Shown piece by piece: positions 11,294-21,193 of a stretch of 64,000 nucleotides of DNA; positions within the stretch are counted from its first letter, which is position 1, and each line of letters opens with the position of its first letter. Source of the DNA: an uncultured Acidobacteriota bacterium (GTDB taxonomy: Bacteria > Acidobacteriota > UBA6911); assembly GCA_963843575.1 (NCBI GenBank), contig CAWJKZ010000010.1, positions 288,001 through 352,000 of the forward strand, written 5' to 3'. Below the pieces are notes generated by a model. That model was not told where the DNA came from, did no database searches, and saw nothing but the letters and a program-made list of their open reading frames with translations. Position numbers and translations under genes: made by a program.

Positions 11294-11543
11294 GTTCGTT
11301 TCTCCTTAATTTCCGACGGTGCGGGTCGGACGCCAAGCCTGATGTCATGTGTTCCCTTAATAGCACAGAGGCTCGGCAAAAGAAAACAAAAACAAGAATT
11401 GTAAATCCAGCGGGAGCGGGCCGCCGCGGCCCCTCTTTTCCAGTATCCTGGCCCGGTTCTTCCCTCCGTCGGCAGGACCGTGTCTCCGCCGCCACCGTAT
11501 ATTCGGTTTTCTTTTGATCCTTTTCTTTTTAGTATAGGGCGGC

Positions 11544-13736
11544 ATGAACCCCCCACACGCCGCGCTCGCCCTCATCCTGGCGCTTTCGCCCGCCGCGTTC
11601 CCGCAGGAGGAGCAGCGCCCCGAGCTGCGGGCGGTCCGGGTGCCCGACGGGGCGGTGCGGCTCGACGGGCGTCTGGACGAGGGGGAGTGGAGTCTCGCCG
11701 AACCCGCCACCGGCTTCGTGCAGTCGGTGCCCGACACGCGCAAACCTTCCTCCGAGAAGACCGAGGTGCGGGTGCTCTACGATTCGGAGCGGCTGTACTT
11801 CGGCGCCTGGTGCTTCGTCCGGGAGCCGGAAACAGTCCGGTATTACGAGTACTTCCGCGATTTCGGGGTCTACAACACCGACACGTTCGAGATCGCTCTC
11901 GACACCTTCCACGACCGGCGGAACTGTTTCGCCTTCGCGACCAACCCGCTCGGCGCGATGCTCGACCTCGAGTATTCCAACAACGGCGGCTCGTCCAACC
12001 GCAACTGGGATGCGGTCTGGGAGGTCCGCAGCGCGATCCGGGATGACGGCTACTTCCTGGAGGTGGCCATCCCGTTCAAGTCCCTGCGCTATCCGCAGCG
12101 CGACGGCGCGCAGGTCTGGGGCGTCAATTTTCAGAGGCGGATCCGGCACAGGAACGAGCAGTCGTTCTGGTCCTTCGTCCCTCGTCCGTTCAGCGTGCCG
12201 CGGATTTCGTTCGCGGGGAACCTGTCGGGCCTGGCGGACCTCCCCCGGACCCGCAACTTGAAGCTGACCCCGTACGGACGGACCGGTTTCACGGCGACGC
12301 CTCCGGCAGGTGACGGGGGCAAGACGACGGAGTTCGATCACGCCGCGGGCCTCGACCTCAAGTACGGCATCGCCAATGCCCTGACGCTCGACGTCACCCT
12401 GAACCCCGACTTCTCCAACGTCGGCGCCGACGTGCAGCAGGTCAACCTGACGCGCTTCGATCTGTTCTTCCCGGAGCGCCGCCCCTTCTTCCTGGAAAAC
12501 GCGACGATGTTCGAGATTCGCCGCACGCGCCGCGGCAACGGCATCGCGGGGGCCTACGGCAGCAATGCCACCCTGGACCTCATCCCCTTCTTCAGCCGCA
12601 CGGTCGGGCTCGCCTCAAACGGCACCCCGTTGCCGGTGTGGGGCGGCGCGCGCCTGACGGGGCGGCTGCAGGGAGGGTTCGACTTCGGCGTGCTCAACAT
12701 CCACACGCGCGAAAACAGCGCCGGCCCGGGGGAGGATTTCACCGTGGTGCGGGCGCGCAAGAAATTTCTGACCAACTCCGACGCCGGCTTCATCCTGACC
12801 GACCGCCAGGAGCGTGGGTCCAACCGGTACAGCCGCCTGCTTGGTACCGACCTGCACTTCCAGTTCGCCCGCTACCTCGACCTGTCCGGGCTCGTCATGA
12901 CGACCCTCGATTCGGACAGGAAGGACCGGCACCTCGCCTTCTCGGCGGCGGCGAGCTGGCGCAGCTCGTTCTGGGACTGGGATCTCGGCTTTCTCGACAT
13001 CCAGGACAATTTCAGCCCCGCGATGGGGTTTGTGCCGAGGCGCGGGATCCGCAAGTCGACCGGCGGCTTCTCCGTGCACCCCCGGCTGGACAGATTCGGC
13101 ATCCGCGAGTACGCCCCGTATGTCCGGACCGACTACATCACTGACCAGGGAAACACGCTCGCCACGCGGCTTGTCAGCACGGGTGTCGGGCTCATCTTCC
13201 GCAGCGGCGCCACCCTCGACCTGTCGCGCGACGGTTCGTTCGAGCGGCTTGCGAAGCCGTTTTCCGTCGGAGGCCGCATCGTCGTGCCGACCGGCGATTA
13301 CACCTACCAGAACTGGAAAACGCTCTATACGTCCGACATCAGCCGGCGCGTTTCCGGCAGCCTCGGAGGAGAATGGGGGGACTTTTACGCGGGGACGAAA
13401 CGGACCGGGACGGCAGGGCTCACCCTGCACGCCAACGAGCACCTGACCTCGAGCGTGACCTACTCACACAACCGCGTCGCACAACCGGGGGGACGTTTCG
13501 CCAGCCACCTGGTCGGGCTGCGCCTCGACTATGGTTTCTCACCCCGGATGTTCTTCAACGCCTTCATCCAGTACAACTCGCTGGCGCACCAGTTCAACAC
13601 CAACCTGCGCTTTGACTTGATACACCACCCGCTCAGCAACCTCTATGTGACTTACAGCGACGTGCGCGACACGCTCGACCCCGAGCGGGTCACCCGCATC
13701 CTCGCGATAAAATTCACCCAGATGCTGCAGTTCTAA
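11544..13736 (+). CDS. CBM9-like + DUF5916 outer-membrane protein
   Basis: LDGRLDEGEW, T.VRVLYD, NPDFSNV, FFPERRPFFLE; C-terminal Phe. Confidence 0.85.
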   Translation: MNPPHAALALILALSPAAFPQEEQRPELRAVRVPDGAVRLDGRLDEGEWSLAEPATGFVQSVPDTRKPSSEKTEVRVLYDSERLYFGAWCFVREPETVRYYEYFRDFGVYNTDTFEIALDTFHDRRNCFAFATNPLGAMLDLEYSNNGGSSNRNWDAVWEVRSAIRDDGYFLEVAIPFKSLRYPQRDGAQVWGVNFQRRIRHRNEQSFWSFVPRPFSVPRISFAGNLSGLADLPRTRNLKLTPYGRTGFTATPPAGDGGKTTEFDHAAGLDLKYGIANALTLDVTLNPDFSNVGADVQQVNLTRFDLFFPERRPFFLENATMFEIRRTRRGNGIAGAYGSNATLDLIPFFSRTVGLASNGTPLPVWGGARLTGRLQGGFDFGVLNIHTRENSAGPGEDFTVVRARKKFLTNSDAGFILTDRQERGSNRYSRLLGTDLHFQFARYLDLSGLVMTTLDSDRKDRHLAFSAAASWRSSFWDWDLGFLDIQDNFSPAMGFVPRRGIRKSTGGFSVHPRLDRFGIREYAPYVRTDYITDQGNTLATRLVSTGVGLIFRSGATLDLSRDGSFERLAKPFSVGGRIVVPTGDYTYQNWKTLYTSDISRRVSGSLGGEWGDFYAGTKRTGTAGLTLHANEHLTSSVTYSHNRVAQPGGRFASHLVGLRLDYGFSPRMFFNAFIQYNSLAHQFNTNLRFDLIHHPLSNLYVTYSDVRDTLDPERVTRILAIKFTQMLQF

Positions 13737-13738
13737 TC

Positions 13739-13849
13739 TGGAGTGCGGCGGCTCGACGCCGCAATGTCCCGATTGGGGTGGCGCCGAGGCGCCGAGCACT
13801 TCGGTCGCAGGTGCGTAAGCGGAAAGCGGCGCCGAGGCGCCGCACTTCA
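13739..13849. repeat. REP-like palindromic element, copy 3, between convergent genes
   Basis: TGGAGTGCGGCGGCTCGACGCCGC ... AAAGCGGCGCCGAGGCGCCGCACTTCA. Confidence 0.8.
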
Positions 13850-13852
13850 CAC

Positions 13853-14734
13853 TCACGCAGGGATGCGGAAGGTGCTGCGCACGTAGTCGAGGTTGTCTTT
13901 TGTGTCTTTCACGACGTCGCCCGACGGCGAAGAGGTCTCCAGCACGTACCATCCCCGGTAGCCGGTGTCGTAGTATTCCTGCGCAAGCCGCGGCCAGTCG
14001 AGGAGGTTCTGCTGGCGCATCAGCATCTTCCCGTTCTTGACGTGCGTCTGGTGGATGCGCTTGCCGAGGAGCTTGATCTCCCCGTACGGGTCGTGCACCT
14101 TCGCCTTGACGTTGGCCGGATCGTAGTAGACGGCGACGTAGTCGGAGCCAATGGCGTCGAGCAGCTTCAGGTTGTCTTCGGCGGAGAGCCAGTCCTCGAG
14201 CGAGACGACCACGCCGGCCTTCTCCGCGTAGCGGGCCACTTCCTTCATCATGGCCACGAAGAGGGCGACCTCCTTGGGGTCCTCCATGTGGATGTGGCTG
14301 TTGCCCAGGACCGGCAGCAGGATGTTGTTGGTGCCGATGCTGCTGGCCACATCGACCGCCTCGACCAGCAGGATGGCGGCGGCCGGGTGCGTCGAGAGCG
14401 GCATGCGCAACTTGCCCGGGGAGCCGATCGCGAGCGAGCAGATCTGGATGCCGTTGTCGAGCGCGGCCTTCTTGAACTGCTCCTGGACCTTCGGGCTGCG
14501 CAGGTGCGGGCTGCCGTCCTCGGGGTAGATGATGCTCACCTGGATGCCGTCGAGCCCGATGCTGCGCGCGAGCGCGAACTTCGACAGGTCCCCTCTCTCG
14601 CCAAGGTCCCAGTCGGTCATCCCGACGCGGACCGGCAGACCTTTGTCGTCGGCGGCGGGCGCGGGGCGCGCGCCGGCTGCAGCCACCGCACCCGCGGCGG
14701 CGGTCTTCATGAAATCGCGGCGGTTCACTTCCAT
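13853..14734 (-). CDS. Sugar phosphate isomerase/epimerase (AP endonuclease 2 TIM barrel), Tat-exported
   Basis: RRDFMK Tat motif; LED, YDPAN, THVK, GYRGWYVLE metal motifs. Confidence 0.85.
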   Translation of the reverse strand: MEVNRRDFMKTAAAGAVAAAGARPAPAADDKGLPVRVGMTDWDLGERGDLSKFALARSIGLDGIQVSIIYPEDGSPHLRSPKVQEQFKKAALDNGIQICSLAIGSPGKLRMPLSTHPAAAILLVEAVDVASSIGTNNILLPVLGNSHIHMEDPKEVALFVAMMKEVARYAEKAGVVVSLEDWLSAEDNLKLLDAIGSDYVAVYYDPANVKAKVHDPYGEIKLLGKRIHQTHVKNGKMLMRQQNLLDWPRLAQEYYDTGYRGWYVLETSSPSGDVVKDTKDNLDYVRSTFRIPA

Positions 14735-14811
14735 GTTCCCTCCGGATCGCTGAAAAAAGGGGCCAAGCCCGCAGGACGAGCCTGGCCCCGGCTGTTCGAA
14801 CGGGACTCGGA

Positions 14812-16287
14812 CTAGGACTCCGGAGGCAGGTACACCTTGCGCGGGACCGGCCTGGGGAGCAGTTTTCGGGTTTTCGGGTCGAAGGCCAGCGCCTTGCCCT
14901 GTTTATAGGACTCGACCCCCAACTTGATGGCGGTCATCACCTGGTAACCCCGCATGACGTTGTATACGGGGACCTCGCGGCTCCGCATGCAGTTGAGCCA
15001 GTTGTCGCCCAGGCTGTCGCCCTCCTCGGGTTCGATCACGACTTCGGTCTTGCCGTCGTTGGCGTCCTTGAACTCCTTCAGGAATTCACGCTCGGCCTTG
15101 ATCACGGCCTGCTCGCGGGGGCCGCGGGACCGCTGGGCGGGGGCGCCGGGCCCGGCGGGCGGCGGCGGCGCGGCGGCACGGGCGTCCCCCATCGAATCCA
15201 TCGCCTGGGCCTGGGGCGACACGATCTGGAGCGTGCCCCAGTTGCCGTAGACGCTGATGGGCGCGGACTGCTCGTTCGCCATGCAGGAGATCATGTTGAT
15301 ACAGTAGTCGCCCGGGTACTCGACCATTGTCATGTAGACGTCGGGCACCTCCCGGTTTTTCTGCACGTAGATGCCGCCGGCCCCGACCACCTGGGTGGGG
15401 AAGTCGAAGGCGATCATGGAGGACATGGCGCCGAGGCGGTGGAAGAGCAGGTCGGTGGCGTTGCCGCCCGAGTAATCCCAGAACTTTCTCCAGCGGAAGT
15501 AACGCTCTTTGCTGAAGGGGCGTTTGGGGGCCGATCCGAGCCAGGTCTTCCAATCGAGGTTCTTCGCGCTCACCTCGGCGTTGGGCCACGCCTCGCTGCC
15601 TATGCCGGGGATGGGATAGTCCCACATGCCAGTGTGGGTGTTCCGGTTGTAGCTGATCAGGCCCCAGCAGATCTTGCCCATCTTGCCGGCCTTGATATAG
15701 TCGTTGACCTTCCAGTAGAGGCGCGTCGCGGGCCCGGAACCGCCGACCTGCAGCACGCGCTTGGACTGGTTGACGATGTCGTTGAGTTCGGCGGCTTCCT
15801 CGATCGTGTAGACCATCGGCTTCTCGAGGTAGACATCCTTGCCGGCGGCGCAGGCGTCGCGGGCGATCGGGAAATGCCAGTGGTCGGGCACCGCGACGAC
15901 CACGCCGTCGATGTCGGGCCGGGCCAGGACCTCACGGTAGTCGCTGTAGGTCTTGGGCGCCTTGGTTTTTTCCTGAGCGTTTTTCACCCGCGGTTCCCAG
16001 ACGTCGCAGACGGCCATGAACTCGACATCTTTCTGACGCTCCTTGCGCGTGCCGAACATGCGCAGCAGCGACAGGAACTGCATGCCGTTACCGATAAAGG
16101 CGATGTTGATGCGGTCGTTGGCGCCCAGCACGCGCCCGGAGGCCTTGGCGACGAACTTGCTGCCCTTCTCCTTCGCGGCGGCGGCGCCCAGAAGGGTGGT
16201 TGAAGCCATGGCAGCCGCGGTCTGCCCCAGGAACTGGCGGCGCGTGGGCCGACTGCCGGGATTCTGATCATGGTTTGAATTGCTCAT
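14812..16287 (-). CDS. Gfo/Idh/MocA oxidoreductase, Tat-exported
   Basis: TRRQFL, GANDRINIAFIG, PDHWH, DVYLEKP, WRKFWDYSGG. Confidence 0.9.
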   Translation of the reverse strand: MSNSNHDQNPGSRPTRRQFLGQTAAAMASTTLLGAAAAKEKGSKFVAKASGRVLGANDRINIAFIGNGMQFLSLLRMFGTRKERQKDVEFMAVCDVWEPRVKNAQEKTKAPKTYSDYREVLARPDIDGVVVAVPDHWHFPIARDACAAGKDVYLEKPMVYTIEEAAELNDIVNQSKRVLQVGGSGPATRLYWKVNDYIKAGKMGKICWGLISYNRNTHTGMWDYPIPGIGSEAWPNAEVSAKNLDWKTWLGSAPKRPFSKERYFRWRKFWDYSGGNATDLLFHRLGAMSSMIAFDFPTQVVGAGGIYVQKNREVPDVYMTMVEYPGDYCINMISCMANEQSAPISVYGNWGTLQIVSPQAQAMDSMGDARAAAPPPPAGPGAPAQRSRGPREQAVIKAEREFLKEFKDANDGKTEVVIEPEEGDSLGDNWLNCMRSREVPVYNVMRGYQVMTAIKLGVESYKQGKALAFDPKTRKLLPRPVPRKVYLPPES

Positions 16288-16438
16288 ACGATAGGAAGCT
16301 CCCTTCCAGAAAGGTCGTCGTGCGACACTCGGGGTGGCGCCGGCGACCGGTAACAACAAACGAATGAAAGAAAATAAGGCTCCTCTTCCAGCCGGACGGC
16401 TCGATGCCGCCCGCACCGGATCACCCCTGTGCGCGCCG

Positions 16439-17200
16439 TCAGGCCAGGATCACCTCGATGCCGGCCTCTTTCAGGGCGCGCTGATCCGACTTGCTGAGCC
16501 GGCTGTCGGTGATGACCTGATGCACCTCGGAAACGGGGGCGATCAGCGACAGGCCGCGCCGGCCGAACTTACTCGAGTCGCAGATCACGATGGTGCGCCG
16601 GGCGATCTGCATCATGGTGCGGTTGACGTTGGCCTCGAGCAGGTTCGGCGTGGTCAGGCCGAAGCGCACGTCGAACCCGTCTACCCCGAGGAACAGCACG
16701 TCGGCGCTGAGGCGGCGCAACGACTCCTCGGCCATCGGGCCCACGAGCGAGAACGACCTCTCGCGCAGGATCCCCCCCGTCAGAAGCACCTCGATGGAGG
16801 TGCCGGCGAGTTCGGCCGCGATGTTGACGGCATTGGTGATGACGGTGAGTTGGCGAAACTTGCGCAGGGCCCGGGCCACGGCTGTCACCGTAGTCCCCGA
16901 GTCCATGACGACCGATTCCCCCTCGCGCACCTGGGCGGCGGCCGCCTCCGCGATGCGCTGCTTCTCCGCCCGGTGCAACTTTTCTTTCTCGTGGAGGCTG
17001 GGATCGAGCAGCGCCCCCATCTGCAGCGGCAGCGCGCCGCCGTGGGTGCGGTGGATCAACCCCTGGCTGTGCAGAGACTCGAGGTCTCCGCGGATCGTGA
17101 CGTGGGAGGTTTCAAAGCGGCTTGCCAGGTCCTTGACCAGGACCCGTCCTTCCTGATTGACGATTTCCACGATTGCTCTACGGCGTTCTTCATTAAGCAT
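16439..17200 (-). CDS. DeoR/GlpR (AgaR-like) transcriptional regulator
   Basis: TIRGDL HTH, RTHGGA, DSGTT, TNAVNIA, DSSKFG. Confidence 0.92.
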   Translation of the reverse strand: MLNEERRRAIVEIVNQEGRVLVKDLASRFETSHVTIRGDLESLHSQGLIHRTHGGALPLQMGALLDPSLHEKEKLHRAEKQRIAEAAAAQVREGESVVMDSGTTVTAVARALRKFRQLTVITNAVNIAAELAGTSIEVLLTGGILRERSFSLVGPMAEESLRRLSADVLFLGVDGFDVRFGLTTPNLLEANVNRTMMQIARRTIVICDSSKFGRRGLSLIAPVSEVHQVITDSRLSKSDQRALKEAGIEVILA

Positions 17201-17372
17201 AGGCGCCCTAATAGGAACAACGAGGTTATCAATCCAGGCTGAATTCCCTCCCCTTTTACTATCTTTTCCTTTCCTTGTCTATTCGAAAGCCGTCCGCTTG
17301 CGTTTTGCCGGGCGCCGGGCCCGCCCGCAGGGCCCCGTCGCCGGGGCTGCGGGGCGGGCCCGATGTCCGCGG

Positions 17373-18257
17373 CTAGCTGGACGCGGCGAACAGGTATTTC
17401 TTTAGAAGGTCCCTCCCCTTGGCGATGCCGTCCCGCCCACTCGATTCCACCCCGTACCACCCGCGATAACCGGCGTCGCGGCAGAGCCGGATCAGTTTCG
17501 CGGTCCCCTCCTCGGTCGGCTGGTTGCGGTACGACATGCCGCCGGCCCAGGGGAGCATTTTCTGGACATAATCGAAGTTATCGAAATCGGGGCTCGGCGC
17601 GCGCCAGTCCGGGTAGGAACCGAAGTACAGGTTGTCGACTTCCTTGTACAACGAAACCATCCAGTCGGCGTCGTTGGACATGCCTCCGTGGTTCTCGATC
17701 AGGATGCTGATCTTCGCCGGGACGGCGTATTCGAGCATCATATTGTAGGTTTCGGTGGCCCATTTCAGGGCCTCGTCTTTCGGCGGTGGCGGTTTCAGCG
17801 GCCCGCGGCAATTGGTGCGGATCGCGTGGCAGCCCAGGTACTGCGCGACGTCGATCCATTTCCGGTGGTTCACGACGGTCTGCCTCCGCTCCTCCCTGGA
17901 GGGGGTGCAGGTCTCCCCTTCGCCATCCACCATGATGAGGACCATGGAGACGTTGAGGTCCGCCGCGTTCTTCTTCAGCCGGCGGAGGTATTCGGCCGTG
18001 GGCGATTCGAAGAGCGAGTTGACGAATTCAATCCCGTTGATGTCGAAATCGTTCCGCGCAATCTTGGGGAAGTCGACCGTCTTCCATTTGCCCTGGCGGA
18101 CCTCCTCCACGAGAGCCCACTGTGCGATCGAGATGTCGTCCTTGACCGGCCGGGACCGCGCTTGTGCAGTCCGCGGGGTCACGGAGGCAGAGGCCGCCAG
18201 GCCGGCGCCGAGGGCAAGCGAACTGGCAACAAAACTCCGGCGAGTGAGATTGTCCAT
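17373..18257 (-). CDS. Sugar phosphate isomerase/epimerase TIM barrel, Tat-exported
   Basis: TRRSF Tat motif; IENHGG, GYRGWYGVE. Confidence 0.85.
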   Translation of the reverse strand: MDNLTRRSFVASSLALGAGLAASASVTPRTAQARSRPVKDDISIAQWALVEEVRQGKWKTVDFPKIARNDFDINGIEFVNSLFESPTAEYLRRLKKNAADLNVSMVLIMVDGEGETCTPSREERRQTVVNHRKWIDVAQYLGCHAIRTNCRGPLKPPPPKDEALKWATETYNMMLEYAVPAKISILIENHGGMSNDADWMVSLYKEVDNLYFGSYPDWRAPSPDFDNFDYVQKMLPWAGGMSYRNQPTEEGTAKLIRLCRDAGYRGWYGVESSGRDGIAKGRDLLKKYLFAASS

Positions 18258-18708
18258 GTTCTTTCCTTTCGAATTGCGGTTGTGAGGGCGATGCTACAGT
18301 AGCAGTCGGGGACGTGTCACTCGTTTTCGTTCCGGGTGACTCCGCGCGCAGATGCGGCTAACCGATATATCCAGGGACTCCGGCCGGGCACCCGCGCCCC
18401 TCCGCGGCGCGCCGCGGCAGTCCCGTGAAGCCGCAAGTGTTCAAAACTTTTCGTACTAAAAGGATACCGGACCGAAAAGGAGATGCGTCGCACGCACGAC
18501 GGCGACGGACAGACGCCCCCGCCCCGAGGTCGCCGGCCGAGCGCAGGCGGTTTTGCCGGGGAGCGGGAAAGGGCTATGTCCGCACCTGGGAGCAAGAGGG
18601 GCGCGGGTCGCCGCTGGCTCCGGTGACCCCGGCCACCTTCTGGGCCGACCCAGCCAAACGGGTTGTGGTCTTCCGGCGCTGAGCCGTTCTTTGTACCGAC
18701 GCAGCGGC

Positions 18709-19467
18709 TTACTTCTTCTTGGCCGGTCCGACCTTGAGGAGGGTCTTCCTGTTCGAACCGGGGGCAGTGGCCGCAAAAACCACGGCCTTGTTCAATCCGA
18801 CCTGCTGCCCGATCGCCTTCAAAGCCGACATCACCGTGCGGTCGCCGAGATCGATCGAAACGAGCTGGCTCGCTTCAGGCTCGTCCAGCCGGACCTCGAG
18901 ATCGGCGACCTTTCCCAGTGCATCCATCACAGTCCGGAGAGGAACGCCATCGAAGCGGAAGACGGCCGGCGTCTTTCGTTCGAGCCTCTGCTTGAAATCC
19001 ACGCCGCCGACCCCACCCTTCACTCCTCCTGAGACTCCTCCCACTACACCTCCAGGCACACCGCCGACCACGCCTCCCGGCACCCCGCCCACGACACCTC
19101 CCGTCACGCCTCCAGGCACTCCACCGACCACGCCTCCGCCGCCTGGCATGCGGCCGGCCCCGGCAGGTTCGACTCGCAAGGTGTTCCCGTCAATCATCCA
19201 ACGGCACCCGATGCTTTCGGAGAGCGCGTTGAGAGCCGTGCGCACCGTGACGTTGATGAGCCGCATGGTCACCAGAGGCCGGGTGTCCCCAGACATCGAC
19301 AGTTCGCATCCAAGGGTTCGGGCAATCGAGCCGTACACGTCAGCCGGCGCAGCCGCTGAGACATCGATTGTCGTCCTTCGATCGAGATTTGGCTGCCCAC
19401 AAATTGGCGCGGCGGCGATGACGGCACAAAACCACCATCCGTACAGTGCGGATATCGTTCGTCTCAT
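18709..19467 (-). CDS. Exported protein with two STN-like domains joined by GGV(V/P) repeats
   Basis: Signal peptide; two copies of the pattern PL..V...L......V(T/S)..L...TV..AL.A; Gly-Val linker. Confidence 0.65.
   Translation of the reverse strand: MRRTISALYGWWFCAVIAAAPICGQPNLDRRTTIDVSAAAPADVYGSIARTLGCELSMSGDTRPLVTMRLINVTVRTALNALSESIGCRWMIDGNTLRVEPAGAGRMPGGGGVVGGVPGGVTGGVVGGVPGGVVGGVPGGVVGGVSGGVKGGVGGVDFKQRLERKTPAVFRFDGVPLRTVMDALGKVADLEVRLDEPEASQLVSIDLGDRTVMSALKAIGQQVGLNKAVVFAATAPGSNRKTLLKVGPAKKK
19001..19147 (-). repeat. Coding tetrapeptide repeat (GGVV/GGVP/GGVT)n
   Basis: About 11 GGVx units with synonymous codon variation. Confidence 0.9.
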
Positions 19468-19814
19468 GGTTGGTCTCCTCCGACCAGGATCAGGTTCAAG
19501 CCTGCCGAGGCCCCTTCAGCGGCGGTGTCGGGAGTGACTAACCAGCTGCTCCCATCAGGGCCTTCGAGCACGGCGACCCCACCCACATACTCCAGCTGAA
19601 ACGTCTCCGGTGGCACCGGCGAGATGTTGCGGAAAATGACGAAGCAGGCAAGCAGCAGTGTCGCAGACGCGAGTACGACGGCCATCCTGCGCGACGCCGG
19701 CTTGCGGGACCGCTGAGCGAGCGCTCCCGCGACGACTCGATGGACTGCTTCCGGCTCGGGCTCGTATGCCGCCCGGAGGCCGCGGTCGAGGTCGCTATCT
19801 TCCTGGTGTTTCAT
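19464..19814 (-). CDS. Putative single-TM anti-sigma factor
   Basis: Overlaps ECF sigma 3' end; short cytoplasmic N-term, one TM helix, small periplasmic domain. Confidence 0.6.
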   Translation of the reverse strand: MKHQEDSDLDRGLRAAYEPEPEAVHRVVAGALAQRSRKPASRRMAVVLASATLLLACFVIFRNISPVPPETFQLEYVGGVAVLEGPDGSSWLVTPDTAAEGASAGLNLILVGGDQP

Positions 19815-20295
19815 GTGCGTTCTCCACAAGGGCGTGCAGACGCTGCCTCGCCCTCAGTGTCCTCATTTTGAGCGCCGATTCCGAAATACCGAGGACCCGC
19901 GCGGCTTCGGGCACGCTCAGGCCGCCGACAGCGACAAGCAAGAGGGCTTCCCGGTTGCGGGCGGGCAGGAGTCTGAGGGCATGGGCCAACTCGGCGCGTC
20001 CGGATTTTCTGAGGGCGGCTTCTTCCGGATCGGGGCCGTTGTGGCGTCGACCCGCCAGCAACTCCACCGGGAGCCACAACCGGCGGCGGACGAGCACACG
20101 CGCCGCGCGCCGCCGGGCCACGGCGAACACGAACGCCTGCGGCGAGTCCGGCTGGCCGTAGCGACCCCATCGCTGCACGAGCGCCGCGAGACTCTCCTGG
20201 GCGATTTCTTCCGCGAGCGAGCGGTCCCGTGTCCGCGCCGCGCAGTAGCGGAGCAGCCCGGGGGTCAGGTCACGAACGGCTTCTTCGAGGTCCAC
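19795..20295 (-). CDS. ECF sigma-70 factor
   Basis: AEEIAQE region 2; LPARNREALLL..GLS..EAA.VLG.S...K region 4. Confidence 0.9.
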   Translation of the reverse strand: MDLEEAVRDLTPGLLRYCAARTRDRSLAEEIAQESLAALVQRWGRYGQPDSPQAFVFAVARRRAARVLVRRRLWLPVELLAGRRHNGPDPEEAALRKSGRAELAHALRLLPARNREALLLVAVGGLSVPEAARVLGISESALKMRTLRARQRLHALVENAHETPGR

Positions 20296-20508
20296 GTAAA
20301 TGTAGTACCCCGGCGGGGTTTTCAGTCACAAGTTTATCCACCAGGAACGACTGCCGGTGTCTTCCCCGCCGATCTGTCGATTTTGCCGGACGGCAGCTGC
20401 CTGAGGGCTTCGCAGGCCTCCGCCCCAGGGGCAGCGGCCGCCAGTGCCGGACGATTGAGTCGGGCGGCTTCACGCGAGAGGCTGCGAGCGAGAAATCGCC
20501 TCGGGCCT

Positions 20509-20943
20509 CTACTTGATAAGGGGATTTTCGGTTTTCAACCGAGGGAACCGACTGAAGTCGCGATCTGCCGTCAGCAGCCTCCTGACGCCGTGGTGGAGGC
20601 ACAGAGCCGCAACTCTCGCATCGTGGACGGCCCCTCCAACGAGTGCTGCGTCGCGCAGGAGGCCATCCCAGACTCGCAGGAAACCTTCTGCTTCACTCAG
20701 CAGCACAAGCGTGGGAGACTCAAACCAGTAGCCGATCTGAGTGAGCGCCTCCCCGAGGGGGGTGGGCGGATTATAGATGCGAGGGTGTGTGACGATAGCC
20801 AGAAACTCGTGCACACAGGGCCACGGGATGGCCCAGGGAGAAATCCCTTCGGCCAGGGCCGTCACGGTCCGATCGGCCTTCAGGTGCCAGGGAGAGTCGG
20901 CGCGATGGGCCTAGACGAGGATGTTGGTGTCGACCGCGATCAA
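20509..20943 (-). pseudogene. vapC: VapC PIN-domain toxin with in-frame amber at codon 11
   Basis: TTG-IAVDTNILV*AHRADSPWH...HEF...HDARVAA...TADRDF; TAG at 20911-20913. Confidence 0.85.
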
Positions 20944-20946
20944 CTC

Positions 20947-21186
20947 TCACCCCGTCCGGTAGATCAGGTCCCGCACTTGGTCCCAGTCCCCTTCGGCGAC
21001 GCCGGATTGCAGTCCCTTACCTTTGAATGGGCGACGCTGCAACTTGAAGGGGCGCCCGGTCTGATTCTGGGTGAGGCGCAACCTCAAGGCCTCCTCGACC
21101 ACCTCGCGGAGCGTCTTGTTCTCGAGTCTGGCTTGCCTTTTTGCCTTTTCGAGCAAGTCGTCGGCAATACTGATGGTCGTCTTCAT
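20947..21186 (-). CDS. vapB: VapB-type antitoxin
   Basis: MKTTISIADDLLEKAK...TLREVVEEALR ribbon-helix-helix-like; directly upstream of PIN gene. Confidence 0.85.
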   Translation of the reverse strand: MKTTISIADDLLEKAKRQARLENKTLREVVEEALRLRLTQNQTGRPFKLQRRPFKGKGLQSGVAEGDWDQVRDLIYRTG

Positions 21187-21193
21187 ATGGCTA

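Noticed and set aside
18425-18682. Small + strand ORF ending ...TFWADPAKRVVVFRR
   Set aside because: No convincing start or family motif; might be a remnant but cannot be supported
20911-20913. Amber as pyrrolysine or genome-wide TAG recoding
   Set aside because: Many genes here end at TAG in the expected place; no pyl genes seen
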